Shown piece after piece: positions 1 through 12,188 of a stretch of 64,000 nucleotides of DNA. Made by a program: the position numbers and the translations under genes. The notes beneath the pieces were generated by a model. It had not been told where the DNA came from. It saw only the letters and a program-made list of their open reading frames with translations, and did no database searches. Source of the DNA: Octopus vulgaris (taxonomy: Eukaryota); assembly GCA_951406725.2 (NCBI GenBank), contig OX597831.1, positions 40,176,001 to 40,240,000 on the forward strand. The letters are read 5' to 3'. Position 1 is the stretch's first letter, and every line of letters starts with the position of its first letter.

Positions 1-517
1 GTTTTTGGTTGCCGCTGTGGTCTGGTTTCGTTACTTTGATTTCTGTTTCACATATGATAACCTTTGTTTGCAGGATTCATTGAATGGACACGTACTTTTG
101 TTTCTATGTAAGAAACTGACCTCACTAGGTGGTGTACTTTTAAGTAGAGCTATTTGTTTTGCGTGAAGCGTTGACCTAAAACTAATCTTAAAGTTATACT
201 TGTTACTGAAGTATTTAGTGTATCTATCAACTCTAGTAAGAACTTTAAATCTCTCTTCAATTCAATTAACCGATATATTATGTACTTCGGAAAATTTTAT
301 GTTCTGTACATATGGGAAATTTTCTCACCATGCAGTTCGTTCAAAACAGAAGGAAAACCCAATTCCTTCTCACGTTTAATTATGTCTGACGATTTTGAGA
401 TTAATGGTTGCAAAGATTTAATTCATTTCCATACGTATCTTTACAGTAGTTTATCTGACGCTAGCAATACGTTTTGAATGATTCAATATGTTGTATCTGT
501 CTGTATACACACACACA

Positions 518-585
<68 letters not shown>

Positions 586-1384
586 TATGTATGTATTGTG
601 CAAAAGTAACAAAAAACACAACACAAACATGACCTTTGAAAATAGGGAAGAAAGACAGTAAGTTCGCTAACGTTTCGTGTATTCACTCTTCTTCCGAAAT
701 ATAGAATAGACACGGAGAAATAGACGGGGAAAAACTGGAGGAATTGAAACGTGCGTGTACACACCTAAACACGCGCGCGCGCTCACATGCAAGAATGCTA
801 GTGCAATGTATGTGTGTGTGTAACTTATTGCTTGTATGTCGACCTTGAAATGACACCAGATAACGAAGACCTGCAAGTTAATATGAGTATTATATTCAGC
901 ATCTACGAATCATCTTTTCATAATTTCGAAAGACAAGATCACACTTTGTTGAGAAATTCAGGCAGTGGGGCATATGTAGACCACTCGGTTTTATAATTGT
1001 TAAGGTTATCTTTTAAATGCCAATATATTTAGATAGTTTGTGAGGCATTTTCCTAAACACCTAAATGCATAAATATGACGGGAGCATCTCGTTTTGAAAG
1101 TATTTGCAGTAAGCCCTAATTACAAGAGAGATCTTAATTCGATTAATTGATGTTTTAGTAAGATGCATGCCGGAATACCTCTGGTTTTGCTTGATCAGAG
1201 ATGTCCAGGAGCAATATATTTATAATATGTATTTTATAGTCCCAGGGAGAATAAAAAATAAAATCGTTCTCTTCACGGTTATAAAGTGAAACGTAAAATA
1301 ATGCAAAGTAAATGAATTTTCGTGAGGTATTTTGAAAGACCAGAAGGTTAAATCAGAAACTAGTAGGTTATATACCCCGGCTAT

Positions 1385-1570
1385 CAGAACAGCGCCATTC
1401 TAAAACAGCTTCAAATGGATAACCAAAAACTACATGGCGAAGAGCATTCATAACCAACATGAGAGAGGTCAGTATCACATGACCGGATGTTGAGAAAATC
1501 ACAGCTAACAGAAACCAGTGGCGTTAACTTGTTGCCCAATGTGGTGGAAACCACAGGAGGAACTGAGACT
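1385..1570 (+). mobile_element. Degenerate 3' fragment of an RTE-group LINE (RT C-terminal tail)
   Basis: The + frame from 1423 reads PKTTWRRAFITNMREVSIT*PDVEKITANRNQWR*LVAQC, resembling the conserved RTE/RTE-X C-terminus (PKTTWRR...A.NR..WR.LV). It has in-frame stops. Confidence 0.6.
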
Positions 1571-1734
1571 GATTTTGTTAGACGAACACGGGAGCGATTA
1601 GCATACAAGAATCAGTAGAGTGACGGGTAAAATGCCTTTTGGTATTGAGTTATTTCCCTTTGTATTATCACAAAATGTACCAAATTCGGTCAACAACATC
1701 CACTGATATTACAAGCAATATCTACCTGTATAGA

Positions 1735-2035
1735 TGCGAGCGTGGCTGTGTGGTAGGAAGTTAGCTTCCTATCCACATTCTCTCGGATACAATCCTATTG
1801 AGTGGTGACTTGGGCACGTGTCTTCTGCTATAACCTCGTGGCAACCAAAGCTGTGTGAGTGGATTTGGAAGATGGACACTGAAAGAAGCCCATCGTGTGT
1901 GTGTGTGTGTGTGTGAGTGTGTGTGTGACTTTCTATCTGTGTTTGTCCTTCACCACTGCTTAACAACCGGTGTTGGCGTGTTTACCATTAGCAGTTCAGC
2001 AAAAGGGGCCCGACAAAATAAGTATCAGACTTAAG
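1735..2035 (+). mobile_element. SINE family A, diverged 3'-truncated copy
   Basis: TGGCTGTGTGGTA head, CTTGGGCA.GTGTCTTCT core, GTGAGTGGATTTGG..GA.GGA.ACTGAAAGAAGCCC and internal (TG)n; matches the other copies. Confidence 0.8.
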
Positions 2036-2076
2036 AAAACAACAACAACAGCAGCAACAACAACAACAACAACAAC

Positions 2077-2129
<53 letters not shown>

Positions 2130-2142
2130 CAACAACAACAAT

Positions 2143-2508
2143 AACACTCAGAAAGCGCAAACCTCCGTCAAGGCAACAGCAACGTCCTCTGTACGATAAG
2201 CCGGGAGATGATTTTTAAAATGAGAATATCTGAAATAAACGTGAATGCTCTCATAAACGAGAATACTAAAAAATGAACCCGACTAATCTCGAAAATTAAT
2301 GTAAAAAAAAAAACAGGAAAAATAATCCAGAATCCTCGTCCGGTACCAGCAGATCGATCACAAATCTAATCAGCTCGTACCAATCACGAGGTCAAACATA
2401 TCTGAAAGTTTCATCCGACTCCATCCAGCGGTTCTTGAGATATCTTGTCCATGGACAAACAAACTTGACTGCAAACAATACCTCCACCTTCGCTAAGGCG
2501 GAGGTAAT

Positions 2509-2510
<2 letters not shown>
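2143..2510 (+). mobile_element. Non-autonomous Helentron/HINE-like DNA element inside an (AAC)/(AAT)n tract
   Basis: A 5' subterminal ACCTCCGTCAAGG is complementary to the 3' AAGGCGGAGGT. There is a 3' hairpin ACCTCCACCTT-CGCT-AAGGCGGAGGT followed by AATA. No coding capacity. Confidence 0.55.
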
Positions 2511-2544
<34 letters not shown>

Positions 2545-2563
2545 AATAATAATAATAATAATA

Positions 2564-2960
2564 GGCTGTGTAGTAAGTAGCTTGCTTACAAACCACATGG
2601 TTCCAGGTTCCGTCCCACTAGATGGCACCTTGGGCAAGTGTCTTCTATAGCCTCGGGCCGACCAAAGCCTTGTGAGTGGATTTGGTAGACGGAAACTGAA
2701 AGAAGCCCGTCGTATATATGTGTATATATATATGTATGTGTGTATGTGTTTGTGTGTCTGTGTTTGTCCCCCCAACATCGCCTGACAGCCGATGCTGGTG
2801 TGTTTACGTCTCCGTAACTTAGCAGTTCAGCAAAAGCGACCGATAGAATAGGTACTAGGCTTCCAAAGAATAAGTCCTGGGGTCGATTTGCTCGACTAAA
2901 GGCGATGCTCCAGCATGGCCACAGTCAAATGACTGAACCAAGTAAAAGAGGAAAAGAGTA
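2564..2960 (+). mobile_element. SINE family A (tRNA-derived, CORE-like), near full length
   Basis: A-box-like GGCTGTGTAGT, B-box-like GGTTCCGTCCC, CACCTTGGGCAAGTGTCTT core, internal (TA/TG)n, and a tail GCTCCAGCATGGCCACAGTCAAATGACTGAA ending in (TAAAAGAG)n. Confidence 0.9.
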
Positions 2961-3005
2961 ATAATGATAATAATAATAATGATTATAATAATAATAATAA
3001 TAGTA

Positions 3006-3052
<47 letters not shown>

Positions 3053-3057
<5 letters not shown>

Positions 3058-3265
3058 TATTCAGACAAATACATAACAAAAACACCAGGACTTACAAACA
3101 CATATAACATACAGAAAATTGCACTACTAGGCACTGCACACATCCTACGCAGAACACTTTCCATACTATAACCATCAGAGCATCACAACAAATCACAGCA
3201 CATACCCAAGGCACACAGAGCTGCGCTCGGTAGTGAAGTGAAAGCACGCTATAAAAATAAAACTA

Positions 3266-3270
<5 letters not shown>
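3053..3270 (+). mobile_element. 3' end of an R4/Dong-like non-LTR retrotransposon inserted in (AAT)n
   Basis: Reads ...NIQKIALLGTAHILRRTLSIL*, the typical C-terminus of R4-clade RLE elements, followed by a short 3' UTR. Flanked on both sides by (AAT)n. A second copy lies at 63147-63274. Confidence 0.8.
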
Positions 3271-3349
<79 letters not shown>

Positions 3350-3875
3350 GATGATGATCATGATGATGATGATGATGATGATGATAAGTACTGGTTTCGA
3401 GTCATTCGACTAAAAATTCTTTCAAGTGATGCCCCATCATGGCCACAGTCTAATGACTGAAACAAGTGAAAGATAAAAGATAAAAAATATACGCCATTGT
3501 TATTTACCTGTGTCATTCATCAATGTCAAAGCCAGTATACGAGAAAAAGAAGAGCATATCCCCGAAGGGTGTCTGCGAAGAATCTTTTGAAGTTCACACG
3601 CTGCAAAAAGAATCACTGATGAATATTGCCAACGAAAGACAGCTTCTCAGCTATTAGCAGACATCGTCGAGCAGTGCTGACTCTGCTTTGTAGGTCATTT
3701 ATTGATCACGCCAGATGAACCAGAAGTGAAAAAATATAGGTTTCGAAATTTGGCACGAGGCCAGCAACGGGGGAATTTGAACTCAAAAATGTAATGACAC
3801 ACGAAACGCCTCTTAAACATCTTGCTCGGCGTGTTAACGAATCTGTCAGCTCACTACCTTGAAAATAAATAAATA

Positions 3876-3952
<77 letters not shown>

Positions 3953-3957
<5 letters not shown>

Positions 3958-4418
3958 GATGGGCTACAGTAAATATTCTGCTCAATACCACAGATTTGCT
4001 TGTCAGTTGTTTGACCTTAACCAGTTGAGCATGTCCCTTAGTGGCTGACGATATGTGCATCTCTGATCACGAGCAGAAGTGGTGGGGGAGCATCATAGCC
4101 ATGTGTTGAGAGGGATTGTTTGGGGTTTGAATAATTCACCTCTGGAAACATGGGTGGTTCTTTCAACATCCTCAAACAACCCTTATTCAGGGACCTTTTG
4201 AGCGGGATAGGCTACTCAACCTGAAGAAAATTCTAACTGGGCCCTACCTGAAAAGTCATGTGCTGTTTATCTTGATATGCAATCACCATGTCGCGCACAT
4301 ATGGTTGTGATGCATGTGCCTGGTGTACCCTTATCAGACGGGTAGTCATGATGGGTATATTGAGCTTCGTATATTTTACCCCAGTGTCACTTTGATGGCA
4401 TGAACTGCTCTCTCACTC
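3953..4418 (+). mobile_element. Repeat family C copy 1 (non-coding, (AAT)n-embedded, 5'-truncated)
   Basis: Highly similar to 4571-5117. Both end at CTCTCTCACTC followed by (AAT)n and differ in their 5' start. Confidence 0.75.
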
Positions 4419-4489
<71 letters not shown>

Positions 4490-4523
4490 TAACAGTAACA
4501 ATAACAATAATAATAATAATAAC

Positions 4524-4570
<47 letters not shown>

Positions 4571-4571
<1 letters not shown>

Positions 4572-5117
4572 TCCCGGATGCAGTACCAGGCAGTGGCTCT
4601 CATGGCTTCTGCTCTTAGCTGAGTGGAAGTGTTATCATGTACATTGTTTTGTCTTGGTATAAAAGATGGGCTACAGCAAATATTCTGCTCAATACCACAG
4701 ATTTGCTTGTCAGTTGTTTGACCTTAACCAGTTAAGCATGACCCTTAATGGCTGACGATATGTGCATCTCTGATCACGAGCAGAAGTAGTGGGGGAGCAT
4801 CATAGCCATGTGTTGAGAGGGATTCTTTGGGGTTTGAATAATTCACCTCTGGAAACATGTTCAACATCCTTAGACAACCTTTATTCAGGGACCTTTTGAG
4901 CAGGATGGGTTACCCAACCAGAAGAATATTCTAACTGGGCCCCACCCGCAAGGTCATGCGCTGTTTATCTTGATATGAGATCACCATGACGCGTACATTT
5001 GGTTGTGATGCGTGTACCTGGTGTACCCTTATCAGACGGGTAGTCATGATGGGTATACTGGGCTTCGTATATTTTACCCCAGTGTCACTTTGATGGCATG
5101 AACTACTCTCTCACTCA
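4571..5117 (+). mobile_element. Repeat family C copy 2
   Basis: Direct repeat of 3953-4418 with about 85 bp of extra 5' sequence; flanked by (AAT)n. Confidence 0.75.
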
Positions 5118-5156
5118 CTAATAATAATAATAATAATAATAATAACAACAACAACA

Positions 5157-5231
<75 letters not shown>

Positions 5232-5604
5232 GTAATAATAATAATAATAATAATGATACTCCTTTCCACTGGAAGCATAAGGTTTCAAATTTGGTGGAAG
5301 GGATTAAGTTGATTGCATCGGTCCCAGGGCGTAACTGGTACTTATTAGGCAGATATAAAGAAAGCACTCAGTTCTAAACGAATTTTGTTAATTATATTAA
5401 ACAGTCAAATTCCTATACTCGTACAACTAGAATGCACATCCAAAGTCATTTCTCATGTACGACAGAAACAATTGCCGGCTTTGTAAGGAGAATTCTACAA
5501 TTAAAGATGTGATTTGCTCTATCTGTAATTTTGTTATATATGGTGCTCCTGCATGGCCACAGTAATTGGACTGAAACATAAAAGAATAAAAGAATTAAAA
5601 AAAT

Positions 5605-5816
5605 ATTCTTTTATTCTTTTATTATTTTATTTGTTTTAGTCATTTGACTGCGGCCATGCTGGAGCACCACCTTTAAGTAAAACAAATCGACCCCAGGACT
5701 CTGTAATCCTAGTGCTTAATTTATCGGTCTCTTTTACTGAACCGCAAAGTTACGGGGACGGAAACACCAATATCAGTTGTCAGGCGATGGCGGGGGAGAC
5801 AAACACAGACACACAA

Positions 5817-5873
<57 letters not shown>

Positions 5874-6012
5874 ACGGGCTTCTTTCAGCTTCCGTCGACC
5901 AAATCCACTCACAAGGCTTTGACCAGTCCGAGGCTATAGTAGAAGGTACTTGCCCAAGGTTCCAAGCAGTGAGACTGAACCCGGAACCATGTGGTTGGGA
6001 AGTAAACTTCTT
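5605..6012 (-). mobile_element. SINE family A
   Basis: Reverse complement of the family A pattern (CATTTGACTGCGGCCATGCTGGAGCACC ... CCAAATCCACTCACAAGG ... CTGAACCCGGAACCATGTGG). Confidence 0.88.
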
Positions 6013-6423
6013 TCTTTATTGCCTACTAGGGGCTAAACATAGTAGGGACAAACAAAGACAGACAAACGGATTAAGTCGATTACATCGACCCCAGTGCGTA
6101 GCTGGTACTCAATTTATCCACCCCGAACAGATGAGAGGCAAAGTCGTCCTCGGCGGAATTTGAACTCAGACCGTAACGGCAAAGGAAATACTTATTTCTT
6201 TACTACCCACAAGGGGCTAAACACAGAGAGGACAAACAAGGACAGACAAACAGATTAAGTCGATTATATCGACCCCAGTGCGTAACTGGTACTTATTTAA
6301 TCGATCCCGAAAGGATGAAAGGCAAAGTCGACCTCGGCGGAATTTGAACTCAGAACGTAACGGCAAAGGAAATACTGCTACGCATTTCGCCCGGCGTGCT
6401 AATGTTTCTGCCAGCTCGCCGCC
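6013..6423 (-). mobile_element. SINE family B, tandem dimer
   Basis: Two ~184-bp units containing GGATGAAAGGCAAAGTCGACCTCGGCGGAATTTGAACTCAG. Only the outer unit has the 5' head (minus-strand GGCGGCGAGCTGGCAGAA). Confidence 0.88.
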
Positions 6424-6459
6424 TTAAGCTTCTTTCCATTAAGCGAATCCCACGCCTAT

Positions 6460-6508
<49 letters not shown>

Positions 6509-6770
6509 GTTTTTAACGTCCATTTACCATGCTGGCATGGGTTGGACGGTTTGAGTGAAAACTGGTAAGCCGAGGAGCTGCACCAGGGTTCCAATCTGAT
6601 TTGGCATCTTTCGGTTTCCGTCGACCAAATCCACTCAACAAGGTTTTGATCGGCCAGAGCCCATTGTAGAAGACACTTACTTGCCCAAGGTACCACGCAG
6701 TCGGACTGAACTCGGAACCATGTATTTGGGAAGCAAACTTACTTCCTACCACACAACCATGTCTGCGCCT
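6460..6770 (-). mobile_element. Family A head fused to a different 3' tail ending in (GAT)n
   Basis: 6615-6770 matches the family A head on the minus strand. 6508-6610 is a different sequence (similar to 19790-19880), followed on the minus strand by a (GAT)n tail. Confidence 0.55.
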
Positions 6771-6902
6771 GTTCTTAAATCAGAAATCGTTATTTAGCGA
6801 CTGACGCGTCGCTAAATATTTGTTATTTGGATTCGATTTATTTTCGCTTTTCCCGACAATTTATGTCTGATAACTCCCTTTGAAGCTGTCCTTTTTTTCT
6901 TT

Positions 6903-6942
<40 letters not shown>

Positions 6943-7599
6943 TCTCAAAACCTCTGGGAATAAAAGAATAATTACTTTCTACTTGTTTGTTTGCTTTAAC
7001 CACTGGAATATGAAGAAGAAGAAGAAAAAGACATAGCAAACGAGAGGCGTAAACCAAACTATAAAATGAAACTGAAAGTTTAAATTTTTGTGGCAATTAC
7101 TCGGCTTTTTATCGAGGGATTTTGTTAGTGTGTTTATTGTTGCCGTTTTTGTTGTTATTCTTCTTTCTTCTTCTTCCAGTTTTCAAAGAGTTAAGACTTT
7201 TTTGTGACTATGTTACACAACGTGAGTGTTTTTATTTTATTTTATTTATTCGTCATTTTCTTCTTTTTTTTTTTGGTTTTTGACGTTCGGTTACTTTAAA
7301 GGTTACGAGTTCAATTTCTGGTGTTGCTCATAGCAACTAACTGACCCCCCCCAACATTTTCTTTTTCATTTTTAAAATTAAAAAAAAAATTTTTTGTCTT
7401 TTCTTTGTTTTTCCTTTACATTTTTCTTCTTTCTTGTCCACAGTCACGCCAGCCGTACGAGTCAATAAGCTCGTTTTATGCGGCAGTTAGCTTTGAAGGA
7501 TGTAATTTTGCCATCTGCCTTTTCGGTTTTTTGGTTTAAAAAAAAAAAAATTTTCAAGTAAAGACTGCGCAGTATATTAGCGATTCTACATCACTATCA

Positions 7600-8058
7600 C
7601 AATCAGCATCATCATCATCACCACCACAACCACTACTACCACCATCACCACCACCATCACTATCAACGTCATCACCATCACCGTCATAACGCTTATTTTA
7701 TTTTATATTCAATATATATATATACATATATACATAAATATATATATATAGATATTGATATATAGATATGTATATATATGTATGTATATATATATATGTA
7801 TATATATATATGCATGTATATATGTATATGTATATATGTATATATATATATGTATGTATATAAATATGTGTGTGTATATGTATGTGTGTGTATATATATA
7901 AATATACATACACGCACACACATATATATACATGCATATTTATGTATATATGCAAGAATAAACATGTATGTATATATGTATATATATATATGTATAAATA
8001 TATATGTGTGTGTAAATATATATATATATGTATGTATGTATACACACACGTGTACGTA

Positions 8059-8089
<31 letters not shown>

Positions 8090-8260
8090 TGCTTTGGCAT
8101 ATTTCAACAGCCAGCATCATTTAGGTTTCCCAGACCACCACTGCCAAGTTTAAATACCATCATTATCAACACCAGCATCACCATCAACATCACCACAACC
8201 ACCACCACCACCACCACCACCACCACCACCATCACCATCACTATAGCTACAAAAAGCCAT
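7600..8260. repeat. Compound (CAT/CAC)n and (TA/TG)n microsatellite block
   Basis: Directly visible simple repeats. Confidence 0.9.
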
Positions 8261-8516
8261 TGTGACCTCGACCTTGAACTTGACCTCTTCTACACTATCA
8301 CTGACGAAGGGTAACCAGAGCAAAATCTCATTAGACACAAAAGTACTGCATTATTATTTAAACATTTTTATATTATTATTATTATCATTATTATTATTAT
8401 TATTTTTGGATGTGTTTTTGCGTTTGTTTTGGGTTTTTTTCTTTTCTTTCATGCGTCTTTTGCGACCTTAGAAACTATTTGTGCGATCTCTTTTCACACT
8501 TCTGTCTTCTGTCCAG

Positions 8517-8521
<5 letters not shown>

Positions 8522-8558
<37 letters not shown>

Positions 8559-8676
8559 ACACATACGCACACACACACACACAGACACGGACACACACAC
8601 ACACACACATGGACACACACGGACACACACACGGACATGGACACACAGACACGAACACACGCACACACACACACAC

Positions 8677-8722
<46 letters not shown>

Positions 8723-8890
8723 ACACTCTTTCTCTCTCATATTTGCACAAACACACGTACACACATACATACTTTCTCCTCTCATTTACACACACACACA
8801 CACTCTTTCTCTTATTTACATACACACAGACAAACACACACACATATGGACGCATACAAGCATGTACGCGCACACACATGCACACATTCT
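8522..8890. repeat. Degenerate (CA)n tract
   Basis: Directly visible. Confidence 0.9.
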
Positions 8891-8939
8891 TTGCATATCT
8901 TTCTTTTTATCTATCCTTCTATGTGTATATCCATTTTCT

Positions 8940-9480
8940 CTCCCTCCCTCTCTCTATTTCCCCCTCTCTCCCACTCTCTATTTCCCCCTCTCTCCCACTC
9001 TCTATTTCCCCTCTCTCCCACTCTCCATTCCTCCTCTCTCTCCCACTCTCTATTGCCCTCTCTACCACTCTCCGTTCCCCCTCTCTCCCACTCTGTTTCC
9101 CTTTCTCTCCCACTCCCTATTTCCCCCTCTCTCCCACTCTCTATTCCCCCACTCTCCCACTCCCTCGCTCCCACTCCCTATTCCCCCTCTATCTCCCACT
9201 CTCTATTCCCCCGCTCTCCCACTCTCCATTCCCTCTCTCTCCCACTCAGTTTCCCTCTCTCTCCCACTCTCTATTTCCCCCTCTCTCCCACTCTCCATTG
9301 CCTCTCTCTCCCACTCTCTATTTCCCCCTCTCTCCCACTCTCTATTTCCCCCTCTCTCCCACTCTCTATTCCCCCTCTCTCCCACTCTCTATTCCCCCTC
9401 TCTCCCACTCTCTATTCCCCCACCCTCTATTCCTCTCTCTCTCTCCCACTCCCCATTCCCCTCTCTCCCAGTCTCCATAT
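8940..9480. repeat. ~24-bp polypyrimidine minisatellite (CTCTCTCCCACTCTCTATTTCCCC)n
   Basis: Roughly 20 imperfect tandem units. It is the source of the spurious 448-aa and 357-aa ORFs. Confidence 0.9.
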
Positions 9481-9827
9481 CCTTCTCTCTCTTTCTTTCT
9501 AGTTCTTACGAACACATTTTTCATTTTTTTCCTCATACACTTTACGCTTCCCTCTCTCTCTCTCTCATTCACTACCTTTCTCTCACCCATCTCTCTCTCT
9601 CTCTCTCTCTCTCTGTATGTCTGTAAATATGCCTTTATAAATGCATTCTCTCTCTCTCCCCCTCTCAATCTTCCCATCTCCCTCCTTTACGTACACCCTT
9701 TTCTCTTTTTCCCTTCTCATACGTACATTCACGCGCTCACCTCTTTCACTCTATGAAATACATACACGCACTCCCTCCCACTCTCTGCTGTTTCTTGTCT
9801 TTCTCATCTCTCCCTCTCTGTTTCACA

Positions 9828-9862
<35 letters not shown>

Positions 9863-10003
9863 TCTTTATGTTTCTTTCATGTCTCTCTCAATGTAATTTA
9901 TTTGAATGCATTGCCTTTCTCTTTTTCCATCTCTCCCCCCTTCTTCCCCCTCTCTCTCTAACGAAACTATTGACATTACGATAATAATGATGGCAATGAT
10001 GGC

Positions 10004-10055
<52 letters not shown>

Positions 10056-10207
10056 CTGATGATAAAGACGACGACGACGACGACGGATGATGATGGCGAA
10101 ACACAGTAACAAGTCATTAAACGGTTGTTAGGCGTCCATCATTCTTTTAGAATTCCTACCAAAGATGATTAAATGAAGTCTCGGTAGACACATAATGCAT
10201 TGTTGCT

Positions 10208-10227
10208 CTTCTTCTTCTTCTTCTTCA

Positions 10228-10258
<31 letters not shown>

Positions 10259-10310
10259 CTTCTTCTTCTTCTTCTTCTTCTTCTTCTTCTTCTTCTTCTT
10301 CTTCTTCTTC
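10208..10310. repeat. (CTT)n microsatellite
   Basis: Directly visible. Confidence 0.95.
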
Positions 10311-10383
10311 CTACTCGTTCTAAAACTTTGTATGCTTTGAGAACTTATTTAGCTAATACGCAGAAGCTAGAAGACAGTCTTGT

Positions 10384-10418
<35 letters not shown>

Positions 10419-10631
10419 ACACTCACACACACACACACTCACACGCACAAATCCACACACACACACACACATACACACGCATAATATATTGCATTATAAA
10501 TATGTAGAAAAACATGAAACCAGGCGGTTTGACAGAGAAATATATATTTCTTTAACTACGTGACTTCCTTCCATAGGATTAAGGCTGGCACAATTCTCTG
10601 AATCCATATCTCGTTCTACTCATTTATATTC

Positions 10632-11285
10632 TATAATGATCATCCGTCGTTAACGACGATGACCAGAACATCACATGGGAGAAGAAGATGGGTCACAATG
10701 CGTCTGGCTGAGTCCGATCGAGCCAATGCGCGCTCATAAGGTTCTGCCGCCGCAGGGCGTGTACTGGTGGTCTGCTGAGAGTGAAAGCAAGAATTTGGCT
10801 CTGGACTTCTGCAGCTCACCTTTTCTTTGTGCTCCTGTGAGATCATATTCTGTTCGTAGGAGGTGACCCCCCCCCCACTGTTGGAGCATCTACACCAGGC
10901 AGGGCGGTCCCGTACCTGCATTTCCCCAGGTGTCGGAGTTGATTTGAAAGCACTTCAGTCAGGCTTTGAGTATATCTTTGAAGAGCGCCTTTTTTGCCCA
11001 CCCTGTGTCCGCTTACCTTCCGTCAATTCACTGTAAAACTGTTTTGGGTTTGTCGTGTGTCAGGCATTCGAACAAGATGGCCGACCCACCTGACCTGCGT
11101 TCTCCTCAGCAGTGTGTAAATGCTTGGCAGATCGGCTCGAGAGAGAAACTCCATCTCTGGGACCTTACCACACTAGGTATTTCCAACTTCTTTCTCAAAC
11201 AGTCCATGAGGAAGCAGTTTATAGGTAGTGGGAAGAGAAAATGAGAGATATATAGATACATAATGATGGTTATCCACTCGTGACC
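10632..11285 (-). mobile_element. 3' portion of an RTE-clade LINE (frameshifted RT C-terminus, C2H2-like finger, 3' UTR)
   Basis: Minus-strand frames read SRADLPSIYTLLRRTQVRWVGHLVRMPDTR...YSELTEGKRTQGGQKRR.FKDILK...DRPAW...CGRTL*ARIG, diagnostic of RTE-1/BovB-like ORFs. Ends in the stem-loop TCATCGTCG-TTAA-CGACGGA. Confidence 0.85.
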
Positions 11286-11425
11286 CAGAGGACATACATA
11301 CATGCATGCATACATACATACATACATACATACATACATACATACATACATACATACATACATACATACATACATGACTATAAATTTTCATTTGTACCTA
11401 TCAACAAATTTACACAAAAACCTAG

Positions 11426-11702
11426 AAATTCCGCTGAGGTCGACTTTGCCTTTCATCCTTTCGGGGTCGATAAATTAAGTACCAATTACGCACTGGGGTC
11501 GATGTAATCGACTTAATCCGTTTGTCTTTTCTTGTTTGTCTGTTCTGTGTTTTGCCCCTTGAGGGTAGTAAAGAAATAGAAATAGGTATTTCATCTGCTG
11601 CTACGTTCTGAGTTCAAATTCCGCCGAGGTCGACTTTGCCTTTCATCCTTTCGGGGTCGATTAAATAAGTACCAGTTATGCACTGGGGTCGATATAATCG
11701 AC
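11426..11702 (+). mobile_element. SINE family B, partial tandem array (+)
   Basis: Two successive GAGGTCGACTTTGCCTTTCATCCTTTCGGGGTCGAT units. Confidence 0.88.
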
Positions 11703-12188
11703 TCCGAAAGGATGAAAGGCAAAGTCGACCTCGGCGGAATTTGAACTCAGAACATAGCGGCAGACGAAATACCTATTTCTTTATTACTCACAAGGGGCTA
11801 AACACAGAGGGGACAAACAAGGACAGACAAACGGATTAAGTCGATTATATCGACCCTAGTGCGTAAATGGTACTTATTTAATCGACCCCGAAAGAATGAA
11901 AGACAAAGTCAACCTCGGCAGAATTTGAACTCAGAACGTAGCGGCAGACGAAATACCTATTTCTTTATTACCCACAAGGGGCTAAACACAGAGGGGACAA
12001 ACAAGGACAGACATAGGTATTAAGTCGATTACATCGACCCCAGTGCGTAACTGGTACTTAATTTATCGACCCCGAAAGGATGAAAGGCAAAGTCGACCTC
12101 GGCGGAATTTGAACTCAGAACGTAGCGGCAGACGAAATACCGCAAAGCATTTCGCCCGGCGTGCTAACGATTCTGCCAGCTCACCGCC
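11703..12188 (-). mobile_element. SINE family B, tandem trimer (-), abutting the + array
   Basis: GAAATACC recurs at ~184-bp spacing (about 11766, 11950, 12134); head at 12140-12188. Confidence 0.9.

Noticed and set aside
8410-9756. 448-aa ORF and overlapping long ORFs
   Set aside because: Translation of (CA)n and a stop-free 24-bp minisatellite; open in all three frames.
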